A stretch of DNA of 64,000 nt from contig CAWHCF010000020.1 in the NCBI GenBank assembly GCA_963827655.1, positions 256,001 to 320,000 of the forward strand, given 5' to 3'. Shown here piece after piece: positions 22,055 through 32,915 of this stretch. The notes beneath the pieces were generated by a model. That model saw only the letters and a list, made by a program, of their open reading frames with translations, was not told where the DNA came from and did no database searches. Origin of the DNA: an uncultured Acidobacteriota bacterium. Lineage in GTDB: Bacteria; Acidobacteriota; UBA6911. Each line of letters opens with the position of its first letter. Position 1 is the first letter of the stretch. The translations under genes were made by a program, and so were the position numbers.

Positions 22055-23341
22055 TCTCTTGCTCCTCACCGCCCTGACTCTCTCCGGCCTGCGCAGGAAG
22101 AGTGGTTGGCCGTCGAGGGCGGAACGCTGTTTGACGGCACCGGCGCGGTCCGCCAGGATCAGTCGATTCTGGTCCGCGGCCAGGAAATCCAGGAAGTAGC
22201 TCCCCTCGCTCAAGCAGGACCTCCCAAGAATGCGCGGCGGTTCGACGCTCGGGGCAAGTTCATCTTGCCCGGTCTTATCGATGTTCATTTCCACTTCAAC
22301 GTCCGCATCGATCCCAAGATCTCTCCCTGGTTGCCGCTTCACTTTCTCGCCAACGGTGTCACTACCTTGCGGGAGATGGGCAACTGGATTGTGGAGGAAA
22401 ACCAGCGCTGGTTGGACGAGATTCAAGCGCGAGGCCTCCCGGTTCCGCGGCTCCTGTACACGGGTCCGGTGCTCGACGGCGCCAACTCGTTGATCCCTGC
22501 TCAATCCCTGGTTCTTCTCGATGAGATGGATGCCCGGCGCGAGGCCAACCGGCTGCTTGATCAGGGAGCGTCTTCTCTGAAAGTATATTCGCGGCTGCCT
22601 CTGAACCTGGTCCGGGTCGTCATCGAAGAGGCCCATCGCCGGGGCCGGCCCGTCCACAGTCACCTCGGAATCGTGGACCCGCGCGACGCGATCGCGGCCG
22701 GTCTCGACGGCATTGAGCACGCGACCAGTCTGTGCCGGATCTTTCTCTCTCCGCGCGAATCCGAGGCTTTCCGGCAGGCGTCACTCAAGGAGGGAAACCC
22801 GGGCAGCATGCGGATCTGGACCAGGGCGGACCCGGCAGGACCGGAGGCCACTGCGCTGATTGAGCTGATGCTGCGCCACAAGGTTAATCTCGATTCCACT
22901 CTCGCCCTGCATGAAGCGCGGCGTGAAGCCCGGGATGAAGACCGGGTCAAAGCCGTCCGGAACATGGCGGACTTTACGGTGCGCTATCATCGGGCCGGGG
23001 GTTCGGTCACAATCGGATCCCATGGCAAAGTCCCGAATGCTCCGCCCGGGCTGGGATTTCACCGCGAACTCGAAATGCACGTCGAAGCGGGGATGTCGCC
23101 GTCGGATGCCCTTCAGGCAGCGACCCGAGTGGGGGCCCGGGCGCTGCGACTCGAGGACCGGGGCGTGATCGCCAAGGGGAAACTGGCCGATCTCGTCATC
23201 CTCGATGGCAATCCGCTGCAGGATATTTCGAATCTCCGGCGTGTTCACGCGGTGATTCTTGGCGGCAAGATTCTCGACCGCGACGCCCTGTTTGCGTCCC
23301 GCGAGATCCTGACCGGAACTGGCGAGAAACCGGAGAAATGA
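22011..23341 (+). CDS. Amidohydrolase family protein, secreted (frameshift near 22090)
   Basis: ILPGLIDVHFH, SLKVY, VHSH, IEHA, GKLADLVILDGNPL; a signal peptide from GTG 22011 joins AQEEWLAVEGG. Confidence 0.85.
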
Positions 23342-23422
23342 TAAACTTCGATCTCTGAAGATGCCTTGTTCTCATCTCAAGAGAATGTCATGCAGCAGTT
23401 GCTGCAGCTCGGCTTCTACCCG

Positions 23423-23659
23423 CTAGCGGAGTTTTTCAAGACTCATCCATCGCTTGCTTTGGGTTGCGCGATCAAACAGCTCCCAGAAGCGTTTATTGCC
23501 GGATAATAAGAGCGTTTCCACATCGGTGCCTTCATCGAGTGCGATCAACAGGGCTGTCCCTTTTCCATTTCTTGTGATGAGAACCGGTCCGGTATCCGGC
23601 AGTTCCTCAATGACGCGGCTAAGGTTGTTCTTAACTTCCCTCAAACTCTCGACTTTCAT
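23423..23659 (-). CDS. Phd/YefM family antitoxin
   Basis: SLREVKNNLSRVIE...PVLITRNGK; 4-bp overlap with the toxin gene. Confidence 0.85.
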   Translation of the reverse strand: MKVESLREVKNNLSRVIEELPDTGPVLITRNGKGTALLIALDEGTDVETLLLSGNKRFWELFDRATQSKRWMSLEKLR

Positions 23660-23949
23660 AACATGAAATCCTCTCCCCCTATGAGCAGCTTATCGCCACG
23701 CTTCTCACCGATCAGTATGACTTCGACGCGCTCATCCTGTACCCGATAGAAAATTCGCCAACGATCTAAACGCAGCTCGTATTCGGCGAACGGTGAAGCA
23801 CGCCTCAGACGGAATTTGTTTCGTGACTGTTGCCTAGGATCGGCGTCCGCCAGATGTTGTCGAATGCCTTCCTTGATTGAAGCGCGAACCGATTTCGGAA
23901 GTTTCGAGAACAAACGTACCGCTTCATCGGCGAAGACGACCTCGTTCAC
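23656..23949 (-). CDS. RelE/ParE family toxin (toxin-first order)
   Basis: 97 aa, YELRLDRWRIFYRV...VILIGEK. Confidence 0.8.
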   Translation of the reverse strand: MNEVVFADEAVRLFSKLPKSVRASIKEGIRQHLADADPRQQSRNKFRLRRASPFAEYELRLDRWRIFYRVQDERVEVILIGEKRGDKLLIGGEDFML

Positions 23950-24009
23950 AGATTAGAATGTAGCATAATTGTGCTACAGGCCGCCAAGTGTGATTGTTGG
24001 CGTACAAGG

Positions 24010-24110
24010 TTTCCCGGGAAGGTCGTCGGCACCCCGGGCTACATGTCGTCTGAACAAGTCCGCTGCTCCAGGCCGACCACCGAACCATGTTTGCCTTCGG
24101 CGCCATCCTG
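24010..24110 (+). pseudogene. Relic of a Hanks-type Ser/Thr kinase (subdomains VIII-IX)
   Basis: PGKVVGTPGYMSSEQVR, then ADHR and MFAFGAIL in shifted frames. Confidence 0.6.
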
Positions 24111-24142
24111 GCCAACTCCGGGGTCCGTCCTTGCCGCTGCAA

Positions 24143-24170
24143 GTGAACATGTTCCCAATTTAGGTTGACT
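24143..24170 (+). promoter_or_regulatory. Operator site 5 (GTGAACATGTTCCC, 24143-24156) followed 8 bp later by TTGACT
   Basis: Upstream of the third receptor. Confidence 0.75.
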
Positions 24171-24228
24171 CCCGCGAATTCTCTATGAAAATATCCCGGC
24201 ATTAACAACCTTTCTTCCAGGTGAAACT

Positions 24229-27200
24229 ATGGCTATTTCCCGTGTCTTCCGTCTTAGTCATCGGTTTTTGCTCCTGGGCGCGCTGGTCAGCGCAAGCGGT
24301 CCTTTCCTTTCGGGTCAGATTGACACCGCCACGATGTCCGGTCGTGTAACCGACAATACCGGCGCGGTCGTCCCCGGAGCGAGCGTCAAGATTGCCCATC
24401 TGGCGACGGGTCGCGAGCGGGATTCAGTCACGAATGAGCTGGGCGAGTTCTGGGTGCCTGCGCTGCCGGTGGGTACCTATAAAGTCACGGTGACGATGCC
24501 CGGTTTCAAACAGTTCGTTCAGGAGGGCATCGTCCTGGAGGTCAACCGTGTCGCCCGGCTCAATCTGCGGCTCGACGTTGGTCAGCTGAGTGAGAACGTG
24601 GTGGTCACCGGCGATGCTCCGCTGGTCGAGACTACCCAGAGTACCGTCAGCAAAGTCGTCGACAGCGCTCAGATCCTCGAGCTGCCGTTGAACGGCCGCA
24701 ACACCGCGGAACTGGTCCAACTGGTTCCGGGAGTGACCTCATTTGGCGCGGCCTCCAGCCTCGGCTACGTCGAGTACCGCGTCAGTACCGGGGGCGCCGA
24801 TGCCTTCAATACCCAGTTCCTCATCGATGGCGGGACCAATACCTCGGCGTTCCGGAATACCGGCGACGTCCTCCCGAATCCAGACGCGGTCGCCGAATTC
24901 CGCCTCATCCGCAACATGACCGCGGAGTACGGAAGACTGGGGGGCGCCGTCGTCAATACCATCACGCGTTCCGGCACCAACGCCCTGCACGCGACTCTGT
25001 TCTCGTTCCATCGTAACCGGGCGCTGAACGCCCGCGAATGGCACCGTCCGGACAAGAGCCCCCTGGTCCAGAACCAGTTCGGAGGTTCCGTGGGTGGGCC
25101 GATTGTGCGGGATCGAACCTTTTTCTTCGCGACCTATCAACAGCTCGAGCGCAGGACGGCCGCATTTGACAATTCCGCGGTGGTGCCTACGGCGCTGGAG
25201 CGTCAGGGTGATTTCTCGCAGTCCAGGATCAAGCCAAGAAACCCGCAGACCGGTCAGCCTTACCCGGGAGATATCATTCCGCCATCGCAGTTTGACCCGG
25301 TCTCGAAGAATGTCCTGGATCAATACGTTCCGCTCGCCAACACCGCCGACGGACGTGCTGCGGTTCAGCGGCCTGTGGCTAACGATGACAACCAGCTGCT
25401 GGTCAAGATCGATCACGACTTCAGCTCATCTCATCGGGTGGCCTTTAACTATCTCCTCGGTAACAACTACGATCCGACGCCGCTGGCGGGTAACCTTCCT
25501 TACGGAACCCAGATCTTCGACGGGCGGCAGCAGAACATCGGGGTCAGCGAGACCTGGACCGCCAGTCCGACGCTGATCAACAGCTTGCGACTCGGTTACC
25601 TGCGGACCGTGGGCCAGCGATTCATTGAGCCCGCGATCTCGTTGAAGGACCTGGGCGGGAAATGGGAGACCGACGGATTTTCTTTTCCGCCCGAGATCAA
25701 CGTGATCGGGTATTTCTGGCTGCGCACCCGTTTTCTGGGTCCCACTTACGACAACAGTTATCAGTTCATTGACACGGCGAACTGGCTTCGAGGCCGTCAC
25801 AACCTGAAGCTAGGAGGGGAAATCATCCACAATCGCGGATCGAACTACTCCGGACTGTGGAGCAACGGCTGGTTCGATTTCAACGGGGGATTCACCGGCA
25901 ACGCCCTGAGCGATTATCTGATCGGCCGGGCCTCGAATCTTATAGTGTCGAGCGTCAATCGCGCCATCGGGCATGTTTCCTACTACGCTCTCTTTGCCCA
26001 GGATGACTTTCGCGTCACGCCCAGGCTGATGCTGAACCTCGGCTTGCGCTATGAGATCTTTACCCCGTCGATCGATCCGCACGACCGCATGAGCACCTAC
26101 ATCCCCGGACATCAGAGCAACACCGTGCCAAGCGCCCCTCCGGGAATCGCTTTCTTTGGAGAGCCGGGAGTGCCAGGCAAACTGCGAAACTACGACAAGG
26201 ACAACTTCGGGCCGCGGATCGGGCTGGCTTACGATCTCTTCGGCGACGGCCGGACCGCCGTCCGGGCTGGTTACGGAGTCAGTTACAGCGCGTCCACCAT
26301 CAACGCCCAGAGCAACAACACTCCGCCTTACAGCTTCAACACCAACTATTTCGGAGTTCAGCTCAGCGACCCGTGGAAGGACGCCAATAACGGAGTCTCG
26401 CTCTTGCCTTTTCAGTTCGACCCGCAGAATCCAGTGTTTTTCTATCCGAGCAGCATCGGGTTCGTCGACCAGGACTGGCACGAGCCCTATTTCCACCAGG
26501 TAAACCTGACTCTCCAGCAACAGTTGGGCCCGAGCCACGTCATCGAAGTCGGCTATTTCGGAAACATGGGACGCAAGCTGCGGTCGCAGCTGGACATTAA
26601 CGAGCCCAGGTACGTTCCAGGCAGCTCGACTGCCGGCAACGTCCAGGCCCGGCGCCCCACTCTCCCTCAGTTTTACTCCAATCTGAACATGAACTCGAAC
26701 CAGGCCAGGACCGACTACCACTCGATGCAGGCGTCGGTCAAAAGGCGTTTCTCCGCCGGTGTCACATTTGACGCGAGTTATGTGCTGAGCAAGGAGACCG
26801 AGTTGCCCCAGGGCGCGCCGGTTACCGTGTATGATTTCGGGCTGGAGTACGGGCGCAGCATCGTTGACGCGCGCCACCGGTTCATCAGTTCATTCATCTG
26901 GGAACCGCTCTGGGCCAGTCAGCTATCGGGTTTTGCCAGGCATGTCCTGCATGGATGGCAGTTCAGCGGCATCGTCAATCTTCAGAGCGGAATGCCGTTT
27001 ACCGTTACTGCAGGGTCGGACGTGAACCTGAACGGCGTCAACAATGACCGCCCGAACGTCAGCCGTGATGCCCAGCTCGATCCCAACCGGCCGCGCGACG
27101 AAGTCGTCCTGCAATGGTTCGACACGGCTGCCTTCAGCCAGCCGGCCGCCGGTCAAATCGGCACGACGGGACGGAACACTCTGGACCGTCCTGGCTTCAA

Positions 27201-27405
27201 GAACATCGATCTGGGGATCAATCGCAATTTCCGGATCGGACCTCACCGGCTGCAGTTCCGCAGTGAATGGTTCAACACTTTTAATTGGGTCAATTTGAGC
27301 GCTCCTGTCTCCAACATACGGTCCGCGACAGCCGGGCGGATTCTTACGGCCTCAAGTGCCCGCGTGATCCAGTTCGGGCTGAAATTCTTCCTCTTTGCTG
27401 ACTGA
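24229..27405 (+). CDS. TonB-dependent receptor-like (Oar-type) protein
   Basis: LPLNGRN, PNPDAVAEF, AEYGR.GGAVVN.ITRSGTN, FGPRIGLAYD.FGDGRTAVRAGYG, RVIQFGLKF. Confidence 0.92.
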   Translation: MAISRVFRLSHRFLLLGALVSASGPFLSGQIDTATMSGRVTDNTGAVVPGASVKIAHLATGRERDSVTNELGEFWVPALPVGTYKVTVTMPGFKQFVQEGIVLEVNRVARLNLRLDVGQLSENVVVTGDAPLVETTQSTVSKVVDSAQILELPLNGRNTAELVQLVPGVTSFGAASSLGYVEYRVSTGGADAFNTQFLIDGGTNTSAFRNTGDVLPNPDAVAEFRLIRNMTAEYGRLGGAVVNTITRSGTNALHATLFSFHRNRALNAREWHRPDKSPLVQNQFGGSVGGPIVRDRTFFFATYQQLERRTAAFDNSAVVPTALERQGDFSQSRIKPRNPQTGQPYPGDIIPPSQFDPVSKNVLDQYVPLANTADGRAAVQRPVANDDNQLLVKIDHDFSSSHRVAFNYLLGNNYDPTPLAGNLPYGTQIFDGRQQNIGVSETWTASPTLINSLRLGYLRTVGQRFIEPAISLKDLGGKWETDGFSFPPEINVIGYFWLRTRFLGPTYDNSYQFIDTANWLRGRHNLKLGGEIIHNRGSNYSGLWSNGWFDFNGGFTGNALSDYLIGRASNLIVSSVNRAIGHVSYYALFAQDDFRVTPRLMLNLGLRYEIFTPSIDPHDRMSTYIPGHQSNTVPSAPPGIAFFGEPGVPGKLRNYDKDNFGPRIGLAYDLFGDGRTAVRAGYGVSYSASTINAQSNNTPPYSFNTNYFGVQLSDPWKDANNGVSLLPFQFDPQNPVFFYPSSIGFVDQDWHEPYFHQVNLTLQQQLGPSHVIEVGYFGNMGRKLRSQLDINEPRYVPGSSTAGNVQARRPTLPQFYSNLNMNSNQARTDYHSMQASVKRRFSAGVTFDASYVLSKETELPQGAPVTVYDFGLEYGRSIVDARHRFISSFIWEPLWASQLSGFARHVLHGWQFSGIVNLQSGMPFTVTAGSDVNLNGVNNDRPNVSRDAQLDPNRPRDEVVLQWFDTAAFSQPAAGQIGTTGRNTLDRPGFKNIDLGINRNFRIGPHRLQFRSEWFNTFNWVNLSAPVSNIRSATAGRILTASSARVIQFGLKFFLFAD

Positions 27406-27444
27406 CTACGCTGTTCGCAATTACGGTGACGTGTTTTGGCAGTT

Positions 27445-27648
27445 GAGGCCTGAAGGGCCGACAGAGCGTAGCCGGCCGTAAGGCCGGGATTAGACGTGCA
27501 TTAAGGACGTGCATTAAGGCGTGCATTAAGAAGGAGCGCCGAAGGTGCGACACAGCCGGAGTGCCGGTCCTTCGGACCTCGTGTCAGAGGCGTCTTGAAA
27601 ACCCCGCCCTGACGGGCGGGGCTACTCACTGACGGGCCTTCGGCCCTG
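27445..27648. repeat. About 200-bp palindrome-rich REP/MITE-like element, copy 1, with internal CGTGCATTAAG x3
   Basis: The reverse complement of 27534-27648 aligns to 53841-53960; contains CCCGCCCTGACGGGCGGG and GGGCCTTCGGCCC hairpins. Confidence 0.8.
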
Positions 27649-27761
27649 CGACAACACAGCCGACTCCCGTGGCTCTGCGAAATACGTCACCGTATTTATG
27701 AACCAGCCAACAACTAATCGGTTTTTTTCGCGCTCCCTCGCGCCTTCGGGTCTCTGTGGTT

Positions 27762-27812
27762 TGGAACACGTTCCACGAGGAGCTTGCCGGGCCGCGGGGA
27801 CTTTGCTATTTT
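27762..27812 (+). promoter_or_regulatory. Operator site 6 (TGGAACACGTTCCA, 27762-27775), TTGCCG -35 (27784) and TGcTATTTT extended -10 (27804-27812)
   Basis: 17-bp spacer; heads the operon that ends in lacI. Confidence 0.72.
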
Positions 27813-27820
27813 GGGATCCA

Positions 27821-30800
27821 ATGCAGACAAGATGGATTCTGGCGATCGTGTTGGCCGCCACACCGGGGGTGTTCTCTCTCACGACACCCCAGTCGGCCGA
27901 GGCTCCGATCTGGCTCTTCGATATGGGAACGGAAAGTTCACCTGTGGCCGACGGGTACATCCGAATCACGCCGGAATCACTGTTTTCAGCCCAGAAAGGA
28001 TACGGGTGGAAGAGCACCGGGCAGGCTGGATTTGACGTCGAGCGTCCGGCCAAGGATCCTGCATGGGACGGTCCCAGCGCCCAGCTCATCCCGCAGGAAT
28101 TTGTCATCTACAAGGAGCACGACAATCTCACCCGCGACGGTGTTCGGAACAAAGACGATCTTGTCTTTCAGGCGAACCTCCCGAACGGCAGATACAGAGT
28201 CGCCGTCACGCTTGGGAAACCTGGCGCAGCCGATCTGCTCGCAGCAGGTCTACGTCAATGACGAGCTCGTGGCGTCCGATATCGATGCCAGGCATCTCGC
28301 GCAGCGCGGCGAGGCTGACAACCAGTACGGCTTTCCGCGAAAGGTGAGGGCGGTAGCCACCGTCAAAGACGGCTCGGTCCGGATTCGCATCCACGGAGAT
28401 GACAGCGGATTTCGCGCTCGGTTCTTGAAGGAGTTCGAGAAACCGATCCCCGTCAGCTATCTTACCGGCGCTCCGTTCCGGATGCGAAAGCCGGAACATC
28501 CCGATCTAGCCGCCTGGGGCGCTTCCCGGACCAGAGGTGAACCAGGCCAGGTCTGGGTGTGGGAAGACATCGGAGGGCCTTTCACAGAGAACTCGGTGAT
28601 GGCGGTCGAGATCTATCCTTTCGTCGAACCGCCGCTCTGGCGCAAGGATGGGAAGTTAACAGCCACAATACCGGATAGCGCTCTTCAGCGAGGGGCGGAC
28701 CTGTTCAACGCGGGACGCTTTGCCGAATCGGAGAAGGCTTTTGAAGCTGCCGGCGGCGAGTATGCCCGCGCTCTTGGCTACCTCTGGCTTGCAGGGAGGC
28801 CCGAGTATGAAGAAGAGCAACGCCTGGTTCCGGCGGCGCTCAAGCTTTTGGAGACGGCGGCTCCTCAGAAGAAGGACGACCGGATGTTCGCCGAGATCTT
28901 AGAAAACGCCCGGCGCATGAACCAGGCCATTTACCGGTTCGTGCACCGCGCCGATCGCCAGCGGACGTATAACGAGCTTCTCCTGATTTCGGGTGAAGTC
29001 GCCTCCATGCAGCCCGAGGATCCGACCTACTACAAAGGACTCATTTACGCAGGTCGCGGCCTCTACATGATCATTCCGCATCGCTGGACCTTTGCCGCGG
29101 GCGCAGGCCGGCAGTTGTTCGAGAAGCTGAAGGCCGCTGGATTTGCCGATAACCGTTTTGTCCGATGGTACCTCGACGACCGCTGGACGGAACACAAACC
29201 GGACTGGGTCTTTCCTGATTACAGCGCCGGGAAGCAGGGCGCGCCGCCATGGGCCGCGGAAGTCTACGAAGCCTTCAACCGGGAGCTGGATCTCGCCGAA
29301 TGGTGGATCCGGAACCGCCAGGCGGCCGATGGCTCGCTGGGCGGCGGCTGGGGGGATGACGTCGAGATCCTGCGCACTTTCGGGACCTCTCTCATTATCT
29401 GTCCCGACAGCAGTCCTCTGACGCTTGACGGCGTGCGCAAGCTGGCCAACGGCGCCTGGGACAGCGGTTCCATTGACCGGGAGGCGGGTTATTTCGCGAG
29501 CGTCAGCGACACCGAGCATTCAGGCGAGTGGACCGCCGACACACTGACCGCGATGGTGCGCATCGACTACGGTAATCCTGTCTATGTCGAACGAGGACTC
29601 AAGACGGCGCGTCTCATGCGCGACCTGTGGATGGACTCTAATCGGTAACGGCCATTTTCTGATGAGGTCAAACTTTCTCGGCGCCACCGGCATCGGGATG
29701 GAGCCGACCCGGAATGATTCACGGATTAACTATCGTCCGGCAGCGCCTGCGCGCGCGGTATTCGAATACAATAATCTGCCGACACTGAAACAACTCTTCG
29801 TTCGATGGGCCGATTCCTGGCTGGCTGTCTCGCTTTCAACGGATCGTGGAAAGCCTCGAGGGATCATTCCGCAGGAGATCGGCTTTGAAGACAGCCGCGT
29901 CGGAGGAATTCAGTCTCCCAACTGGTATACCGCCGACCATGGTCCCGGGACCGTGAACTATGACTGGGAAGGGGCGGGCGGGTACCATGACGCTATAGTC
30001 GATCTCCTCCTTCTGGCTTATCGAGCGACGGGTGAGCGGAAGTATCTCGAACCGATGGACCTGGAGGCCGCGTTTGTCCGCCAGCATTGCCCGAAGGAGT
30101 TGTTGAATTCGAATGCCAATCAAGCTCAAAACTCCGGCATTCGGCTCACTCCGGGGAGCGCCGAATGGATCGCCTCAAAACTGGCGCCCTGGCCCAAGCA
30201 ATGGGACGCCACCCGGCGAATTCTCTTTCCTCAGGAATTACCGGAGCAGGGGGATCTATGGGATCTGGCTGCGGTCGCCCGAATGGCCGTGGACGCGAAT
30301 GAAGGGGCCAGAAGGCGGTGGCCGCATGTCACGGCAGAGTGTATCGCTACGGATCGGGTCTACTGGCCGGGCCTGGGGAACGCGCGCCGGATCATGTCGG
30401 GATTCGGGGTTCTCGGTTTCGATCCGCTTGTGACTTACCGCGGACTCGGGCGAGATTTCGCGGCGGCGCTGCTCGCTGCTCACGCGGCCGGCATTCGCGT
30501 CGCCATTTTCAATATTTCGCCCGAGACTCGAAACGCTGCCGTGGTTCCATGGATTCTGGATCTGGGGGCGGAGTACCTTTTCAGGCTGGGTTCTGACGAA
30601 AACCATGACGGCAAAATGGACCGCGTAGTCTCCGAGCAGACGGTCCGGCTCGAGCATCGCGGCCAGGAGGTCGCGTTTCGCCTGCCGGGACGCACCCAGT
30701 ACGTAGTCGAGATGAAGAGAACCGCGCAGAGTGAAGCTCCCGGGCTGTCTGCGGATCTTGCCCTGTCGAGCGACGACATCCAATACCTTCCCGAGTACAC

Positions 30801-31095
30801 CAGGGTCGACGTCACTGTCCACAACCTGGGGAGTGAGCCGGCCCGGGGGATCTCGGTGACGTTGTACGACGGAGACCGGGAAATTGGCCGCCAGCGAATT
30901 CCCGGGATAGAGGCCCCGCTCGGTTTTGATCCGAAGACCGTGCGGGTAGGTTTCCGTTTTACGCCCGCGCGTGCGAGCCATACATTCAAAGTCGTAGTCG
31001 ACAGCGCGGCGCCCGAAATCACGAAGCGGAATAACACCATTGTTGTGGAGCGCGCCACCCCGAGCGCTCCGCCCAAGCAGCATGCGACTCCGTGA
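27821..31095 (+). CDS. Large (~1090 aa) secreted protein: galactose-binding-like N-domain, helical core, CARDB-like C-domain (frameshifts near 28218 and 29645)
   Basis: WLFDMGTESSPVADGY..KGYGW; LGGGWGDDVEI; VDVTVHNLGSEPA..VTLYDGDREIG; three colinear ORF pieces. Confidence 0.75.
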
Positions 31096-31139
31096 TTCGT
31101 TGCGCCTGGCGTATTGATTGTGAAAAGGAGGTGGCGGGA

Positions 31140-32915
31140 TTGTTGAGCCGAAGAAAGTTTCTCGCGGGAACGGCCGGTGTTTGGGCTGTGCCCGCCCTGG
31201 GCCAGCAGAAGACTCGACCGAACGAAGTCGCCGAGTTCGGCCCGCAACAATCAGGCGAGGCTCAGCTGCTCGACCCGACGGCGCCGTTCGGGTCCGCCGT
31301 TGGGCAACCGGGATGGCGCGGTCGCGCGCCCGACGATCTGGTCGCCCGCGCGCGCCTGGCGCTGGAAGGGACTCTAACGAACCACATAAGGGATAACGGC
31401 CTCCCTTATTTCGATGTCGTCATCAATTACACCACCGGCGAGGTGGATCTTCCGTCCAAGGTGACTACCTGGGACCACACCTCGCAGACAGGAAGGAGCG
31501 TCAACGCAATCCTCTGCGCCCGGGAAATGACGGAGGATTGGAAGACCGGCGTGGAGAACGAGCGGAAGATCCGCCGCGTGATGCTCGACGACTTCCGCGA
31601 GGACGGCTTCAACTACATGGAAGGCGGCGTGGCCATGATGCACGACCAGAACCGCGCGCTTCTTGGGCTGACCGGTTGGTACCGCCACGCCGAAGGCGAG
31701 CGGGAGCGCCAGATGCTGAAGGGCTACGGCGACAAGCTGGTTGCGGCCTTCATTCGGACGGCTCGCAAGCAGGGAGAAGCGTGGGACATGCCGGGCATGT
31801 TCTATTCTCCCGAGAAGGGCTTTTATGACGCGGCGCGCGCTCCCGGCAAGCATGGCCGCACCATCATGCCGCTCATTGAATATGGCCGGACCACGGGTAA
31901 CTCCGATGCGATCAAGCTGGCGGAGCGATATGCCAACCACGTCCTCAGGGTCAGTGACTCCTTCCGCTTCGATGAGGCGGGCAACTTCAAAGATTTTGGC
32001 GACGAGGCTCTGCACGTTCATTCGGTGGGGGCTACCATCTCCGGTCTCATTCTTCTCGGAACCGAGCTTGGGCGGCGCGATCTGGTGGAACAGGGGCGGG
32101 CGCTGTACGAAAACGGGCTGAAGTGGATCGGAAACGAATTCGGCTGGATTCCGGAATCGAACCCGAACTCTCCGGTCAATCGCCGCCGGCGCATGCTGCG
32201 ACAGACTACCTGCGAAGGGTGCTGCGTCACCGATTACATCGAAGCCGCCCTCTATCTGGGGCGGGCCGGATACCCGGAATGCTGGGCCGAGGCCGAACGC
32301 TACGTCCGGAATCATCTGTTCGAGAGTCAAATCACAACGGTGTCGTGGGTGAAGAGCAAGGGGTCCGTCGATATGCAGCCGCGCGTTCTGGGGAGTTCGT
32401 CGGCGCGCAGCTCACCCAACCGGCTGTTCGATCTGTTTCATCCTTCGGGCCCGATTGGCTGTTGCAGCGAGGCCATGGTGAGGGCGCTGCATCTGGCCTG
32501 GAAGCATGGCCTGGAGGAGATTCAGGGCGCGGTTTGGGTTAACCTCTTGTTCGACCGCGATACCCCCTTTGCGAAGCTCGAGACCGGTCTTCCGTCGAAA
32601 GGGCAGGTGCGGGTGACGATGAAGCGAGACGGCGACCTGTACATCCGGGTGCCGGACTGGGCGCGCCCGACCATTTCATACCAGCCGGCGGAGATTGCAG
32701 CCTCGGCCGCATGGAAGGGGCCGTTTCAGCGGCTTTCGGCGTTAAAGAAAGGACAAACGGTCGAAATGAACTTTCGCCTTCTCCGTTCGAGCCGTGAGTG
32801 GTTGCACTCGATTATGGGGATCACCTACAGGTCCGAGTGGCTGGGAGACACGGTGGTTTCGATCTCGCCTCGCGGCAACTGTTTTCCCTTGTACGAGAGG
32901 ACGTACCTGCTGTGA
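31140..32915 (+). CDS. GH127/GH146-like (beta-L-arabinofuranosidase-type) protein, Tat signal
   Basis: LSRRKFLAG; HVHS; CEGCC; AERYVRNHL.ESQ; GCC; DLYIRVPDWA; AAGGAGGT RBS. Confidence 0.7.
   Translation: MLSRRKFLAGTAGVWAVPALGQQKTRPNEVAEFGPQQSGEAQLLDPTAPFGSAVGQPGWRGRAPDDLVARARLALEGTLTNHIRDNGLPYFDVVINYTTGEVDLPSKVTTWDHTSQTGRSVNAILCAREMTEDWKTGVENERKIRRVMLDDFREDGFNYMEGGVAMMHDQNRALLGLTGWYRHAEGERERQMLKGYGDKLVAAFIRTARKQGEAWDMPGMFYSPEKGFYDAARAPGKHGRTIMPLIEYGRTTGNSDAIKLAERYANHVLRVSDSFRFDEAGNFKDFGDEALHVHSVGATISGLILLGTELGRRDLVEQGRALYENGLKWIGNEFGWIPESNPNSPVNRRRRMLRQTTCEGCCVTDYIEAALYLGRAGYPECWAEAERYVRNHLFESQITTVSWVKSKGSVDMQPRVLGSSSARSSPNRLFDLFHPSGPIGCCSEAMVRALHLAWKHGLEEIQGAVWVNLLFDRDTPFAKLETGLPSKGQVRVTMKRDGDLYIRVPDWARPTISYQPAEIAASAAWKGPFQRLSALKKGQTVEMNFRLLRSSREWLHSIMGITYRSEWLGDTVVSISPRGNCFPLYERTYLL

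Noticed and set aside
27495-27530. CGTGCATTAAG x3 and the heptamer arrays as CRISPR
   Set aside because: Units are too short, there are no unique spacers, and no cas genes are present.
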